Positions 6,268 through 14,174 of a stretch of 15,692 nucleotides of DNA are shown piece by piece. The DNA comes from Candidatus Aenigmatarchaeota archaeon (GTDB lineage Archaea; Aenigmatarchaeota; Aenigmatarchaeia; GW2011-AR5; JAGGXF01), in NCBI GenBank assembly GCA_029932645.1, contig JAOZPR010000003.1, positions 28,131 to 43,822 of the forward strand, given 5' to 3'. The translations under genes were made by a program, and so were the position numbers. The notes below the pieces were generated by a model, which saw only the letters and a list, made by a program, of their open reading frames with translations, made no database searches and was not told where the DNA came from. How positions within the stretch are numbered: position 1 is the stretch's first letter; every line of letters begins with the position of its first letter.

Positions 6268-7464
6268 TCAGAACGTGAAGCCAGCGTAAAAAAGTATAGT
6301 AGGCAACAAGAGAACGCCCATTAGGTGCACCCTGCGCACTCTTGATAAATTCGGAATCATTCCCAGGGCTGCTGCTATTGCTGCTACCACAAACCCCCAG
6401 ACACCTGTCAATAATATAATCACAGACAATGTGAATACAAATACGGTTGCAGACAAGAGGGCGTAATTTATCTTTTTTAGGAGTTTCATTATATGAGAAG
6501 AGAGCTTTTGGGTAATCAAAACCGCAAACCCAAGAGACAAGAGACCGGTAAAAACTATGAACATGCAATCTGCGAATGAGAGTGTGCCCATAAAATAGCG
6601 TAGGGCTACTGCTGCCCCAGACCTGGCCTTGCCTATTAACCACAACGCGAGAAAAGAGAACAGCACATTAGAACCAGTGATTGCTCCTATAGTCACAAGA
6701 AAGGATTCTGCGCTTCCGCTGCTAAACAGCATGGCTGCTGCGCTCGGTCCTATACCAGGCAGCAGACCGGTTGTCATCCCACCGAAAGAACCCTTAACAA
6801 CACCATTAGTGATGGTCTGACCAGAGACAAAAAGTTCGTTTTCCTCTGTGGGTATCTTAGTTTTGTTTTTTATACTCACCAGAAGCATGCTAAGGCCAAA
6901 GAGGCCAGTGAGGAGCGGAAAAAGGACAAGATTCTGGTCTATAGGCAGCTTGCTGCTTGTCAGTCCAAGCAGCCCAGATAACAGAAAAAGTCCGGCTGCT
7001 GCAACCGGTTCTCTGTCTTTTAAAATAAAAAACAACACGATTCCAGACAAGATGATATGCAGGTTTGGCTGTATTATCATGTATATTTTGGGCACAACCA
7101 AAATAACCAGCGGAAAAAGAAGCAGTGAGAATATAACACCACCGAGCGCACCGATAATACCGAGGCGGACAGCGCCCAGGCCCTGCCCTTTCAGAAGCAA
7201 GCGGTGCCCTGGCAAAACACCAAGTTCCATACCAGAGTCAGGCACAGACAAAAATATTGTTGGTATGAAATTGACAACAACGTTTGTTACAGACACGGCA
7301 ACTATAAATGCTATGTATGGGTAAGGCGGGCTAGTGCCGGCAGCACCAACAAGGAAGCTTATCAGTAAAATACTCACAAGGTTCGGGTGTATACCAGGCA
7401 ATAGCCCGCAGAAAATGCCGACTATTATACCCAGTGCAGTGTAGAGCAGCACCTCTAAAAACAT
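6268..7464 (-). CDS. TctA/DUF112-family (tripartite tricarboxylate transporter-like) permease
   Basis: Highly hydrophobic 398 aa protein with the repeated GLLPGI motif (CGLLPGIHPN; TGLLPGIGPSAA) and FIPTIFLSVP...LPGHRLLLKGQG, typical of archaeal TctA homologs. Confidence 0.85.
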   Translation of the reverse strand: MFLEVLLYTALGIIVGIFCGLLPGIHPNLVSILLISFLVGAAGTSPPYPYIAFIVAVSVTNVVVNFIPTIFLSVPDSGMELGVLPGHRLLLKGQGLGAVRLGIIGALGGVIFSLLLFPLVILVVPKIYMIIQPNLHIILSGIVLFFILKDREPVAAAGLFLLSGLLGLTSSKLPIDQNLVLFPLLTGLFGLSMLLVSIKNKTKIPTEENELFVSGQTITNGVVKGSFGGMTTGLLPGIGPSAAAMLFSSGSAESFLVTIGAITGSNVLFSFLALWLIGKARSGAAVALRYFMGTLSFADCMFIVFTGLLSLGFAVLITQKLSSHIMKLLKKINYALLSATVFVFTLSVIILLTGVWGFVVAAIAAALGMIPNLSRVRRVHLMGVLLLPTILFYAGFTF

Positions 7465-7515
7465 ATTAATATTTTTATGTTCGCTATTATAAAGCGTGCG
7501 TGTAGTGTGATTCTA

Positions 7516-7674
7516 ATGCTCAGAAAGACAAAGAAAGCCGGGAAGAAAGGCGATTTTGACTGGGAAAAGGCTGAAAAAGACCCACTTATATTGTTTGTAG
7601 TGTTTTTTACCGAGGTAATGTGCGAGCTGGCGCGCGCAATCATCGAGCTTCTTTTTGGCGAAGAGCGGCTTTAA
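7516..7674 (+). CDS. Small hypothetical protein (about 52 aa, basic N-terminus, one hydrophobic segment)
   Basis: Internal ATG 7516 of ORF 7477-7674 is preceded by GTGTGAT (RBS-like). Fills the gap between the permease and NAC. No recognised family. Confidence 0.45.
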   Translation: MLRKTKKAGKKGDFDWEKAEKDPLILFVVFFTEVMCELARAIIELLFGEERL

Positions 7675-7712
7675 AACATATTAAGACAATTAAACTAAAT
7701 AGGTGATGTTGA

Positions 7713-8075
7713 ATGCTTGGAAAAATAAAAGAGTTAAAAAAGATGACAGAGCTCATGAAAGAGATGAAGATGAACATGCGGGAGCTCAAGGCGAAGCGTG
7801 TTGTGATAGAGTGTGAGGATAAAAACATAGTTATAGAAGAGCCAGAGGTCATCATAGCAAAGATAGTGGACAGGGATTCATATCAGATTACAGGCAAGGT
7901 TCATGAAGAGCCTGCCGGCGGCCCAACAGAAGAGGATATAAAAATGATAATGGATCAGACAGGTAAAGATAAAGAAACCATACTCAAAAAACTCAAGGAG
8001 CTAAACAACGATCTGGCGCGAACAATAATGGAGCTTAAAGACGAAGCACAAACGCAACGACCAAATGACAACTAA
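7713..8075 (+). CDS. nac: Archaeal nascent polypeptide-associated complex protein (NAC domain plus UBA-like domain)
   Basis: AKRVVIECEDKNIVIEEPEV...YQITG NAC barrel, then EEDIKMIMDQTG...NNDLARTIMEL UBA-like domain. AGGTGAT RBS upstream. Confidence 0.88.
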   Translation: MLGKIKELKKMTELMKEMKMNMRELKAKRVVIECEDKNIVIEEPEVIIAKIVDRDSYQITGKVHEEPAGGPTEEDIKMIMDQTGKDKETILKKLKELNNDLARTIMELKDEAQTQRPNDN

Positions 8076-8128
8076 TTATATAAGCCAGCCAAGACAATAT
8101 TTAAACAACATTTAAACAAGGTGATTAA

Positions 8129-8389
8129 ATGGTCAGAAAAACTAAAAAAGTCGCGAAAAGGCAGAGGAGAAAACACTTCCTGATGGATAATCCGCTTTCA
8201 CTAGCACTGCTCTTAATTGGCCTGGTAATTGTAGTTGAATCTCTTGGGACGATATGGTTGCTCTTCAATGCGTTTAATGTGAATATTTTTCAGTTTGCGT
8301 TCTGGACAGTGTTCTTGTTGTTCAATGTTGTCAAACTGATAGCCGGGCTCGTCGCGATTAAGGCCGGATACATGATGATAGAAAAGTGA
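8129..8389 (+). CDS. Small hypothetical membrane protein (basic N-terminus, about 2 TM helices)
   Basis: AGGTGAT RBS at 8119-8125; 86 aa with two long hydrophobic stretches. Confidence 0.75.
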   Translation: MVRKTKKVAKRQRRKHFLMDNPLSLALLLIGLVIVVESLGTIWLLFNAFNVNIFQFAFWTVFLLFNVVKLIAGLVAIKAGYMMIEK

Positions 8390-8419
8390 TATTGCCATAC
8401 TAAGAACACGGTTGTTGTC

Positions 8420-8480
8420 CCTTCTTTTTAGTTAATTTAATTAATAATAAAAGAAAAATATAAAAGAAAAATAAAAAAAC
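8420..8480. terminator. Probable bidirectional T-rich terminator region between convergent genes
   Basis: CTTCTTTTT on + after the 8389 stop; repeated TAAAAGAAAA/TAAAAAAA (T-tracts on -) after the 8488 stop. Confidence 0.4.
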
Positions 8481-8487
8481 AAGTGGC

Positions 8488-8805
8488 TTACTTAGAAGCC
8501 AAAGAATAAATCGCCTTTAGTGCCACGATTATGGCTGCTGGTGCTACTAATATCATTATGTTTCCTAGGATTGTCTCTAATGGTGCCCAAATAACACCCA
8601 CACTAGTTGATACTGAACCCGCCACAATCAAAGCGACTGCAGCTATTAAGAATGATTGAACTTCTTTGTCGGCAATGTTAAGGAAACCGACGATTAAACC
8701 AAGTAACACTAGCAATGCTGGTACCCATGTTGCTGTTATGAACGCTGTTAGAATCGCTATTAGTACACCAAGCAAAAAGGCGTAACTTCCCCATTTTTCA
8801 TCCAT
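8488..8805 (-). CDS. Small hypothetical membrane protein (about 4 TM helices)
   Basis: Hydrophobic 105 aa ORF (LGLIVGFLNI..KE...FLIAAVAL; VAPAAIIVALKAI). AGGAGTGTGG upstream favours ATG 8805 over GTG 8814. Confidence 0.8.
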   Translation of the reverse strand: MDEKWGSYAFLLGVLIAILTAFITATWVPALLVLLGLIVGFLNIADKEVQSFLIAAVALIVAGSVSTSVGVIWAPLETILGNIMILVAPAAIIVALKAIYSLASK

Positions 8806-8875
8806 GAAAACCACACTCCTTTTTAAAAAAGAGTAGAAAATCTTTTAAAGGTTTCTGGAGCCCTTTTTTATCCCT

Positions 8876-10453
8876 TCATTCGAGTAAATACTCGACTATT
8901 CGACCGAAGGCCGGTCTTGTGACAAGCACGCCAGCAAGAACACCTACGATTGTAGTAATGGCAAAACCGCGCAACATACCGAAGCCAAGCACAAGGAGCG
9001 GAAGCATAGCTCCTATGGTTGTCCCGGCAGCACCAAAGATCATGAAGAATGCTCTTTTCAACCGCTCCTTTAATGACCATGCCTTTTTCTCTCCCATTAT
9101 GGATTCATCTAAAATCATTATTTGACTGTCCACACCCGTACCAACAGCAGCAACAATACCTGCTATAGCGGCCAAATCGATTGTCCAATTAATTAGAACA
9201 GACGCCCCAAGAATTATTAGTACTTCAGACAAAGAGACAAGAATCATTGGTATGGCCAGCCTAAGCTTTCTATATCTGATAAAAACTATGAATGATACAG
9301 TAATGATTGCAGCCAATCCTGCTATCATCGCACTGGATAGAAACCGTGCACCAAGCCGCGGTGAAATTTCATCCATCTGCAGGATTTTTATTTTTGTTGG
9401 CAACGAGCCACTTCTTAATATGGACTGCAGTCTGCGCTTTTCTTCCATTGCTTCATCCTGCGTTTTAGCTCCGCCTGTTATCGCGGGCGTCGTATATAGC
9501 TGGCCTTTGAGGCCAGCAGCTATATTCAGCTGGTCCATTATTTTGTCGTCTAAATATAATTTTATTGGTTCTTCCAGATACTGCTCACTTCCTATACCTG
9601 TTTTGACCGGTATGTTTGCAGTCACCTTTTTGAATTTTTCAGCGCCTTCATTCGATATTAAGACCTGAAACCCCCAAGTATAACCGTTCTCAACAGGCCG
9701 CAGCCACGAGTGTTGGGGATCAAGATAAACCATTTGTATGTCTTTCCCAGTATACACCAGAGCTTCTACATAAGTTTCGTTCACGCGCTTGAATGCAATT
9801 CCATCCAGTTCAAATGTTTTGTTGATGTCAGTTCTAACATCAAATTTCTTATTATTAAATTCTATCTGGTCGTTTGTAATTTTTAGTGGTATATATGCCT
9901 CGAATTTTCCCTGGTGTTCCAAAAGTTTTATCAATTCTTCTTTAGTACCACCAGCTATCTCTATTTGTATGTATGCTCTGCCTTCGCTCCAGACCGGTCT
10001 GAACAAGGACTCCTTAAGGCCGTAGACATTGATTCTTGTCTGCATGGTTGTTATTATTGACTGAACCATTTCTTCTGTTGCGTTTTCTGGTTCTATGATA
10101 GCTCTTATACCGCCCCTAATATCCAATCCAAAATGCAATCTATTTTTTTCTGCCTTGATACCAGATACGCCCAGAGTTCCATTCATCTGATAAAACAACA
10201 GGCCTTTGTTTGTTTTCAGCTGCACTTCCCCGAAGTATGGCTTGCTTATAAGATTTTCATCAGCCAGCTGGCCATTTATCTGATAAATTTTATCGCCGCG
10301 TTGCAGGACATCAGTCAGCGGCGAGCTGGCATTAATGCTTGTTATGGAAATGCCTTGTTCAGAAAGTTTTGGGCTTATTGCCACGATAGCCATAACTACT
10401 ACAACAATCCACAATATTACTCTAAAATCAGTAAACAGTTTTTTCACTCTCAT
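8876..10453 (-). CDS. secD: Protein translocase accessory subunit SecD
   Basis: N-terminal TM, FGLDIRGG, RINVYGLKE, large extracytoplasmic domain, LRSGSLPT, ISPRLG, TIDLAAIAGIVAAVGTGVDSQI, LRGFAITT. Confidence 0.93.
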   Translation of the reverse strand: MRVKKLFTDFRVILWIVVVVMAIVAISPKLSEQGISITSINASSPLTDVLQRGDKIYQINGQLADENLISKPYFGEVQLKTNKGLLFYQMNGTLGVSGIKAEKNRLHFGLDIRGGIRAIIEPENATEEMVQSIITTMQTRINVYGLKESLFRPVWSEGRAYIQIEIAGGTKEELIKLLEHQGKFEAYIPLKITNDQIEFNNKKFDVRTDINKTFELDGIAFKRVNETYVEALVYTGKDIQMVYLDPQHSWLRPVENGYTWGFQVLISNEGAEKFKKVTANIPVKTGIGSEQYLEEPIKLYLDDKIMDQLNIAAGLKGQLYTTPAITGGAKTQDEAMEEKRRLQSILRSGSLPTKIKILQMDEISPRLGARFLSSAMIAGLAAIITVSFIVFIRYRKLRLAIPMILVSLSEVLIILGASVLINWTIDLAAIAGIVAAVGTGVDSQIMILDESIMGEKKAWSLKERLKRAFFMIFGAAGTTIGAMLPLLVLGFGMLRGFAITTIVGVLAGVLVTRPAFGRIVEYLLE

Positions 10454-10459
10454 ATTTGT

Positions 10460-11335
10460 TCACGCTTCTCTTGTTCGTTTCTCCCGTTTCTCAAACCACC
10501 ATCTTAGTATTCCTACGTTTGTGAGCCATGTTGTGAAAACGTCAACAACCAGGCCGATTATCAGCACATTTGCCATCTGTTTTAGTACAATCGTTTCGCT
10601 GAGTAGATATAACGCAGTCAATGCACCGAGCGTTGTTGCTGTCATGGTTAGCCCGGTCTTCATTGCTGATTTTATTTTTTCTTCTTTTGATCCGGTTGTT
10701 TTCAACAGCCGGCTGGTCAGTAAGATATCTGTGTCTATAGAATAACCTATTAACATCAACAGTGCTGCTAACACGCTTAGTGATAGCTGTATGCCAAGCA
10801 AAGACATGATTGCAACTGTTATTGTCATGTCTGAAACTGCTGCAAGCACAACAGCAGAGCTTGGCACAAGCGAACGGAAAAGCACAAACACAACAATAGC
10901 CATGAGCACAAAAGCAAAAAATATCGCCAGCTGTGCCTGGTGCCAAAACATCTCTCCTAGCGCAGGCCCTATTTGTTTGACAGAATAATCTTCTATGCTA
11001 ATAAAATCAAGTTTTTCAATAATCTCTTTCTCATCATATTCTTCAGGAACCTGTATTAATATGGTATTCGTAATACCACTTGCCACTCTCACAGTTCCTG
11101 CAGAGCCAACAACACGTTCTACAGCCCCGATGTCAACACGATCAGATGTTATTATGCTTATGAGTTTTCCTCCTGTCATCTCCACATCCTTCTCTATAAA
11201 GGAGCCTTTTGTTACGGTGTTCAACGCCAGAAAGCCGACAGAAAGCAGAAATATAACTATTGGTATGAACATCAATTTTTTCCAGTGTTTATTTAATATA
11301 TTCCATATAAACATGCTCGTCTGCCACCAAACCAT
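10460..11335 (-). CDS. secF: Protein translocase accessory subunit SecF
   Basis: DVEMTGG, IGPALG, LFRSLVPS, LAALLMLIGYSIDTDILLT, AMKTGLTMTATT. Ends 6 bp before secD. Start may be ATG 11314 (GGTGG upstream). Confidence 0.93.
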   Translation of the reverse strand: MVWWQTSMFIWNILNKHWKKLMFIPIVIFLLSVGFLALNTVTKGSFIEKDVEMTGGKLISIITSDRVDIGAVERVVGSAGTVRVASGITNTILIQVPEEYDEKEIIEKLDFISIEDYSVKQIGPALGEMFWHQAQLAIFFAFVLMAIVVFVLFRSLVPSSAVVLAAVSDMTITVAIMSLLGIQLSLSVLAALLMLIGYSIDTDILLTSRLLKTTGSKEEKIKSAMKTGLTMTATTLGALTALYLLSETIVLKQMANVLIIGLVVDVFTTWLTNVGILRWWFEKREKRTREA

Positions 11336-11564
11336 CTAAATTTACTAAATTTATTTAAGTTTATTATCTAACAATACTTTTAAACATTGTTTTTTAACAT
11401 TAAAAACATTATATATGGCATTGTGTTGCGGCGCTATATTGTGACATCATGTTTATTATGGCATCATCTTATACTATTATGTTATAACAGCGTGTTGTTT
11501 GTGTTTAGACAACAGACAAGATAACAGATAACATATTGAGGGAAAGAAGCAAAGAGGGATTGAA

Positions 11565-12680
11565 GTGGACTATGACATTGCTATCATTGGCGCTGGGGTT
11601 GCGGGAAGCCAGCTTGGTACGCTGCTCAGTGAGCGGCTCAAAGGCAAACGAATAGTCATATTCGAGCAGCTTGAAAAGCCAATACTTAAAGACAGCGGCA
11701 TCGTCTCAAGGGATATTGAAAAGTTCATCAAAACAAAAAAAATCAAAAAACTCATAAGGAAAAAAATCAAGAAGATGACGCTCTTCTCGCCAAATGGCAA
11801 AACAATCAATCTTGAAAACAAGGAGCCGTTTGCATACGCACTCAGGCGCATAGAATTTGCTAGGGCCATGAAAAGGCCGGTAGAGGACATGATAAAGTAT
11901 GAGCGTGTCTTGTCTGTCAAGCTTCGTTCAGACTGCTGTCTTGTCACGACAGAGCAGGACAAATATTTTGTCAGGCTTCTTGCTGGTTGCGATGGAGCAA
12001 ACTCTCTGACAAGACGTGCAATGGTTGAGAAGGGCATAACAAAACAACCAAAGCTTCTTCACGGTGCTTTTACACAAGGCAAAGAAACGCGCAAAATAAA
12101 GGTATATCTTAACAAGTTTTATTCTCCAGACTTCTTTGCATGGAATTTTTTTGGCGAGTGTGGCCTTGCTACAGCGCACAGACCAAGGGCTCATCTTGAT
12201 TATTTTCTTAAGAGGCAGGATGTCAAACCAAAGAGGATATTCGCGTCGCCTATCCCATTGGGTCTTCTAAAATCTTTCGCAGACCGATGCCTTCTCATCG
12301 GCGATGCTGCTGCTCAGGTCAAGCCGCTCACAGGCGGCGGTATTATATATTCACTCAAGGCAGCCACGTATGCTGCTAACACCATCGAAAAATCATTTTC
12401 CTTGGGCCGTTTTGATGCGGCCACACTAAAAGCATACGAGAAGGCATGGCGAGACGATTTTGGTAGCGAAATAAAAAACGGTCTTCGACTCAGGGCGATA
12501 TATCGCAAGATGACGAACAAACAAATAAATGAGCTCTTTGAGTTGTTCAAGGATGATGTAGAAAAGGTGTTTGCCAAAGAGGCAGTTAAGCGATATGATT
12601 ATCTCTCTGCTGCAGCTTCGGGCATACCAAAGAAAAAAATAACAAAGTTCATGCTCAAAAACCTAAACCTTTTGGCCTGA
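11565..12680 (+). CDS. Geranylgeranyl reductase-family FAD-dependent oxidoreductase
   Basis: Rossmann motif YDIAIIGAGVAG, GCDGANS, PDFFAW, and IGDAAAQVKPLTGGGI; GTG start with GAGGGA upstream. Confidence 0.85.
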   Translation: MDYDIAIIGAGVAGSQLGTLLSERLKGKRIVIFEQLEKPILKDSGIVSRDIEKFIKTKKIKKLIRKKIKKMTLFSPNGKTINLENKEPFAYALRRIEFARAMKRPVEDMIKYERVLSVKLRSDCCLVTTEQDKYFVRLLAGCDGANSLTRRAMVEKGITKQPKLLHGAFTQGKETRKIKVYLNKFYSPDFFAWNFFGECGLATAHRPRAHLDYFLKRQDVKPKRIFASPIPLGLLKSFADRCLLIGDAAAQVKPLTGGGIIYSLKAATYAANTIEKSFSLGRFDAATLKAYEKAWRDDFGSEIKNGLRLRAIYRKMTNKQINELFELFKDDVEKVFAKEAVKRYDYLSAAASGIPKKKITKFMLKNLNLLA

Positions 12681-12760
12681 TCTTTGTTCATCTTAACTTT
12701 TATTTTAGCTTAAAAATCTTTGCAAACAAATGTTTAGCAATAAAACAACAAAGTGGTTTC

Positions 12761-14161
12761 ATGGTAAAGAAAAAAATAAAAAAGCTAAAACAGCTCTTGG
12801 GGTTTATCAAAGACGAAAAGCTTAAGGAACAAGTGGAAGAAGAAGCTGGCCTAGAAAAAGAAGAGGGCATCAAGGTTGAGGAAAAATATCATCCAGAAAA
12901 GGACGAGATAGAAATAGACATAACAGGAGCACGGCATTTCTCTCATGTTTTGTCAAATTTCGTACAAAAACACTGGGCCAAATTGGCATTATTGCTTATC
13001 ATCTTGTTGGCGTTCTACATCAGAATTTTTGCTTTCAATTACCCGTACCTAATTAATATAGACTCATACTATTTTTACAGGTATATGGATTTCATCGTAG
13101 AGGACGGCGGAATACCGAACATCGATCCGTACATGCTTGCGCCAGAAGGGCTAAACACAGGAAGCATAGCCAGATTTTATATGTATCTTGGCGCGTACTC
13201 ATACATGTTTTTTGCTCGCCTGTTTCCTGGTCTGCAGCTGTGGCGATATCTTATATACTTCCCTGCAGCCATAGCAGCGCTTTGTGCTATACCAATATAT
13301 TTCATTGGTAAATATCTATTTGATAAAAAGGCAGGAATAATAGCAGCTTTTTTCTTGGTTTTCAACCCATTTAACATGACACGAACGCTTGGCGGGGATC
13401 CGGATTCTGATGGCATTGTTCTGCTAATGACACTAATACCAGTCGCGTTGTTTTTGGCAACCCAAAAGAATATTGAAAAGCAGGGACTAGGCAAACGTTC
13501 TGTCTTGCTGGCTGCACTTACAGGGCTTGCCTTGGCACTTTTCACGCACACATGGGGCGGCTCTTGGTATATGGTCTGGCTTTTCGCGGGTTTTGTGGCA
13601 GTCAAACTTATAGCAGAGTTCTTAATCCTCGGTGATACAAGAAAGGCGTGGAAACAGAACAAGAAAATCATCTCATCTTTCCTAATCATCATATTAATTT
13701 ATATTCTATTAATTGTCCCGTTCTTTGGTGTTAACAAACTTGTCGGTATAATAAATGCGCCAACAGGAGCTCTCGGGATGAAAGCAGAAGCCAGCAGGCG
13801 GTTTCCCAATGTGTGGGTTTCTATTGCCGAGATGATGTCGCCAGAGGGAGCAACTTTCTTTGACAAGATAAACACGATAGCAACGCGCGCGACAGGCATG
13901 CCGCTTGGCGGCATCGCCACAATTGTTCATCCGTTTTTCCTCGCTATATACGCGATGATTTATTTCATCGTTTCTTACATCAAAAAGAAAAAGCATCTTG
14001 ACAGTCTCATATTGATGTTTTTATGGTTCGTAGGCCCGCTCTACGCAAGCACTGTTGCCGTGCGTTTTGTTATCTTGTTATCAACACCGCTAATAGTTTT
14101 ATCCAGTATTGCTCTTGCAAAACTGTTTGATATTGTAATGGGGAAGGATCTTTTGGATTAA
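12761..14161 (+). CDS. aglB: Oligosaccharyltransferase AglB/STT3, N-terminal membrane half
   Basis: LAFYIR...NIDSYYFYR (first catalytic Asp), DPYMLAPEG, RTLGGDPDSD (DxD-type), TWGG, VSIAEM (TIXE/SVSE equivalent), AVRF; many TM segments; no WWD motif in this ORF. Confidence 0.88.
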   Translation: MVKKKIKKLKQLLGFIKDEKLKEQVEEEAGLEKEEGIKVEEKYHPEKDEIEIDITGARHFSHVLSNFVQKHWAKLALLLIILLAFYIRIFAFNYPYLINIDSYYFYRYMDFIVEDGGIPNIDPYMLAPEGLNTGSIARFYMYLGAYSYMFFARLFPGLQLWRYLIYFPAAIAALCAIPIYFIGKYLFDKKAGIIAAFFLVFNPFNMTRTLGGDPDSDGIVLLMTLIPVALFLATQKNIEKQGLGKRSVLLAALTGLALALFTHTWGGSWYMVWLFAGFVAVKLIAEFLILGDTRKAWKQNKKIISSFLIIILIYILLIVPFFGVNKLVGIINAPTGALGMKAEASRRFPNVWVSIAEMMSPEGATFFDKINTIATRATGMPLGGIATIVHPFFLAIYAMIYFIVSYIKKKKHLDSLILMFLWFVGPLYASTVAVRFVILLSTPLIVLSSIALAKLFDIVMGKDLLD

Positions 14162-14174
14162 AAAAGATGGTATT

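Noticed and set aside
7458..7684. 12-mer AAAACATATTAA repeated at 7458 and 7673, as a possible target-site duplication
   Set aside because: Very AT-rich; one copy overlaps the permease start codon; no transposase or terminal inverted repeats.
8100..8119. TTTAAACAA direct repeat before the 8129 gene
   Set aside because: Only two short AT-rich copies; likely promoter/TATA-like sequence, not an array.
6629..11339. Opposite-strand or alternate-frame ORFs over the permease, secD and secF (e.g. 6848-7324, 9252-9668, 10335-10745, 10542-10946)
   Set aside because: Shadows of hydrophobic membrane-protein genes.
11336..11564. Possible CRISPR array or ncRNA in the longest spacers
   Set aside because: No 24-47 bp repeats with unique spacers, no tRNA cloverleaf and no GC-rich stems.
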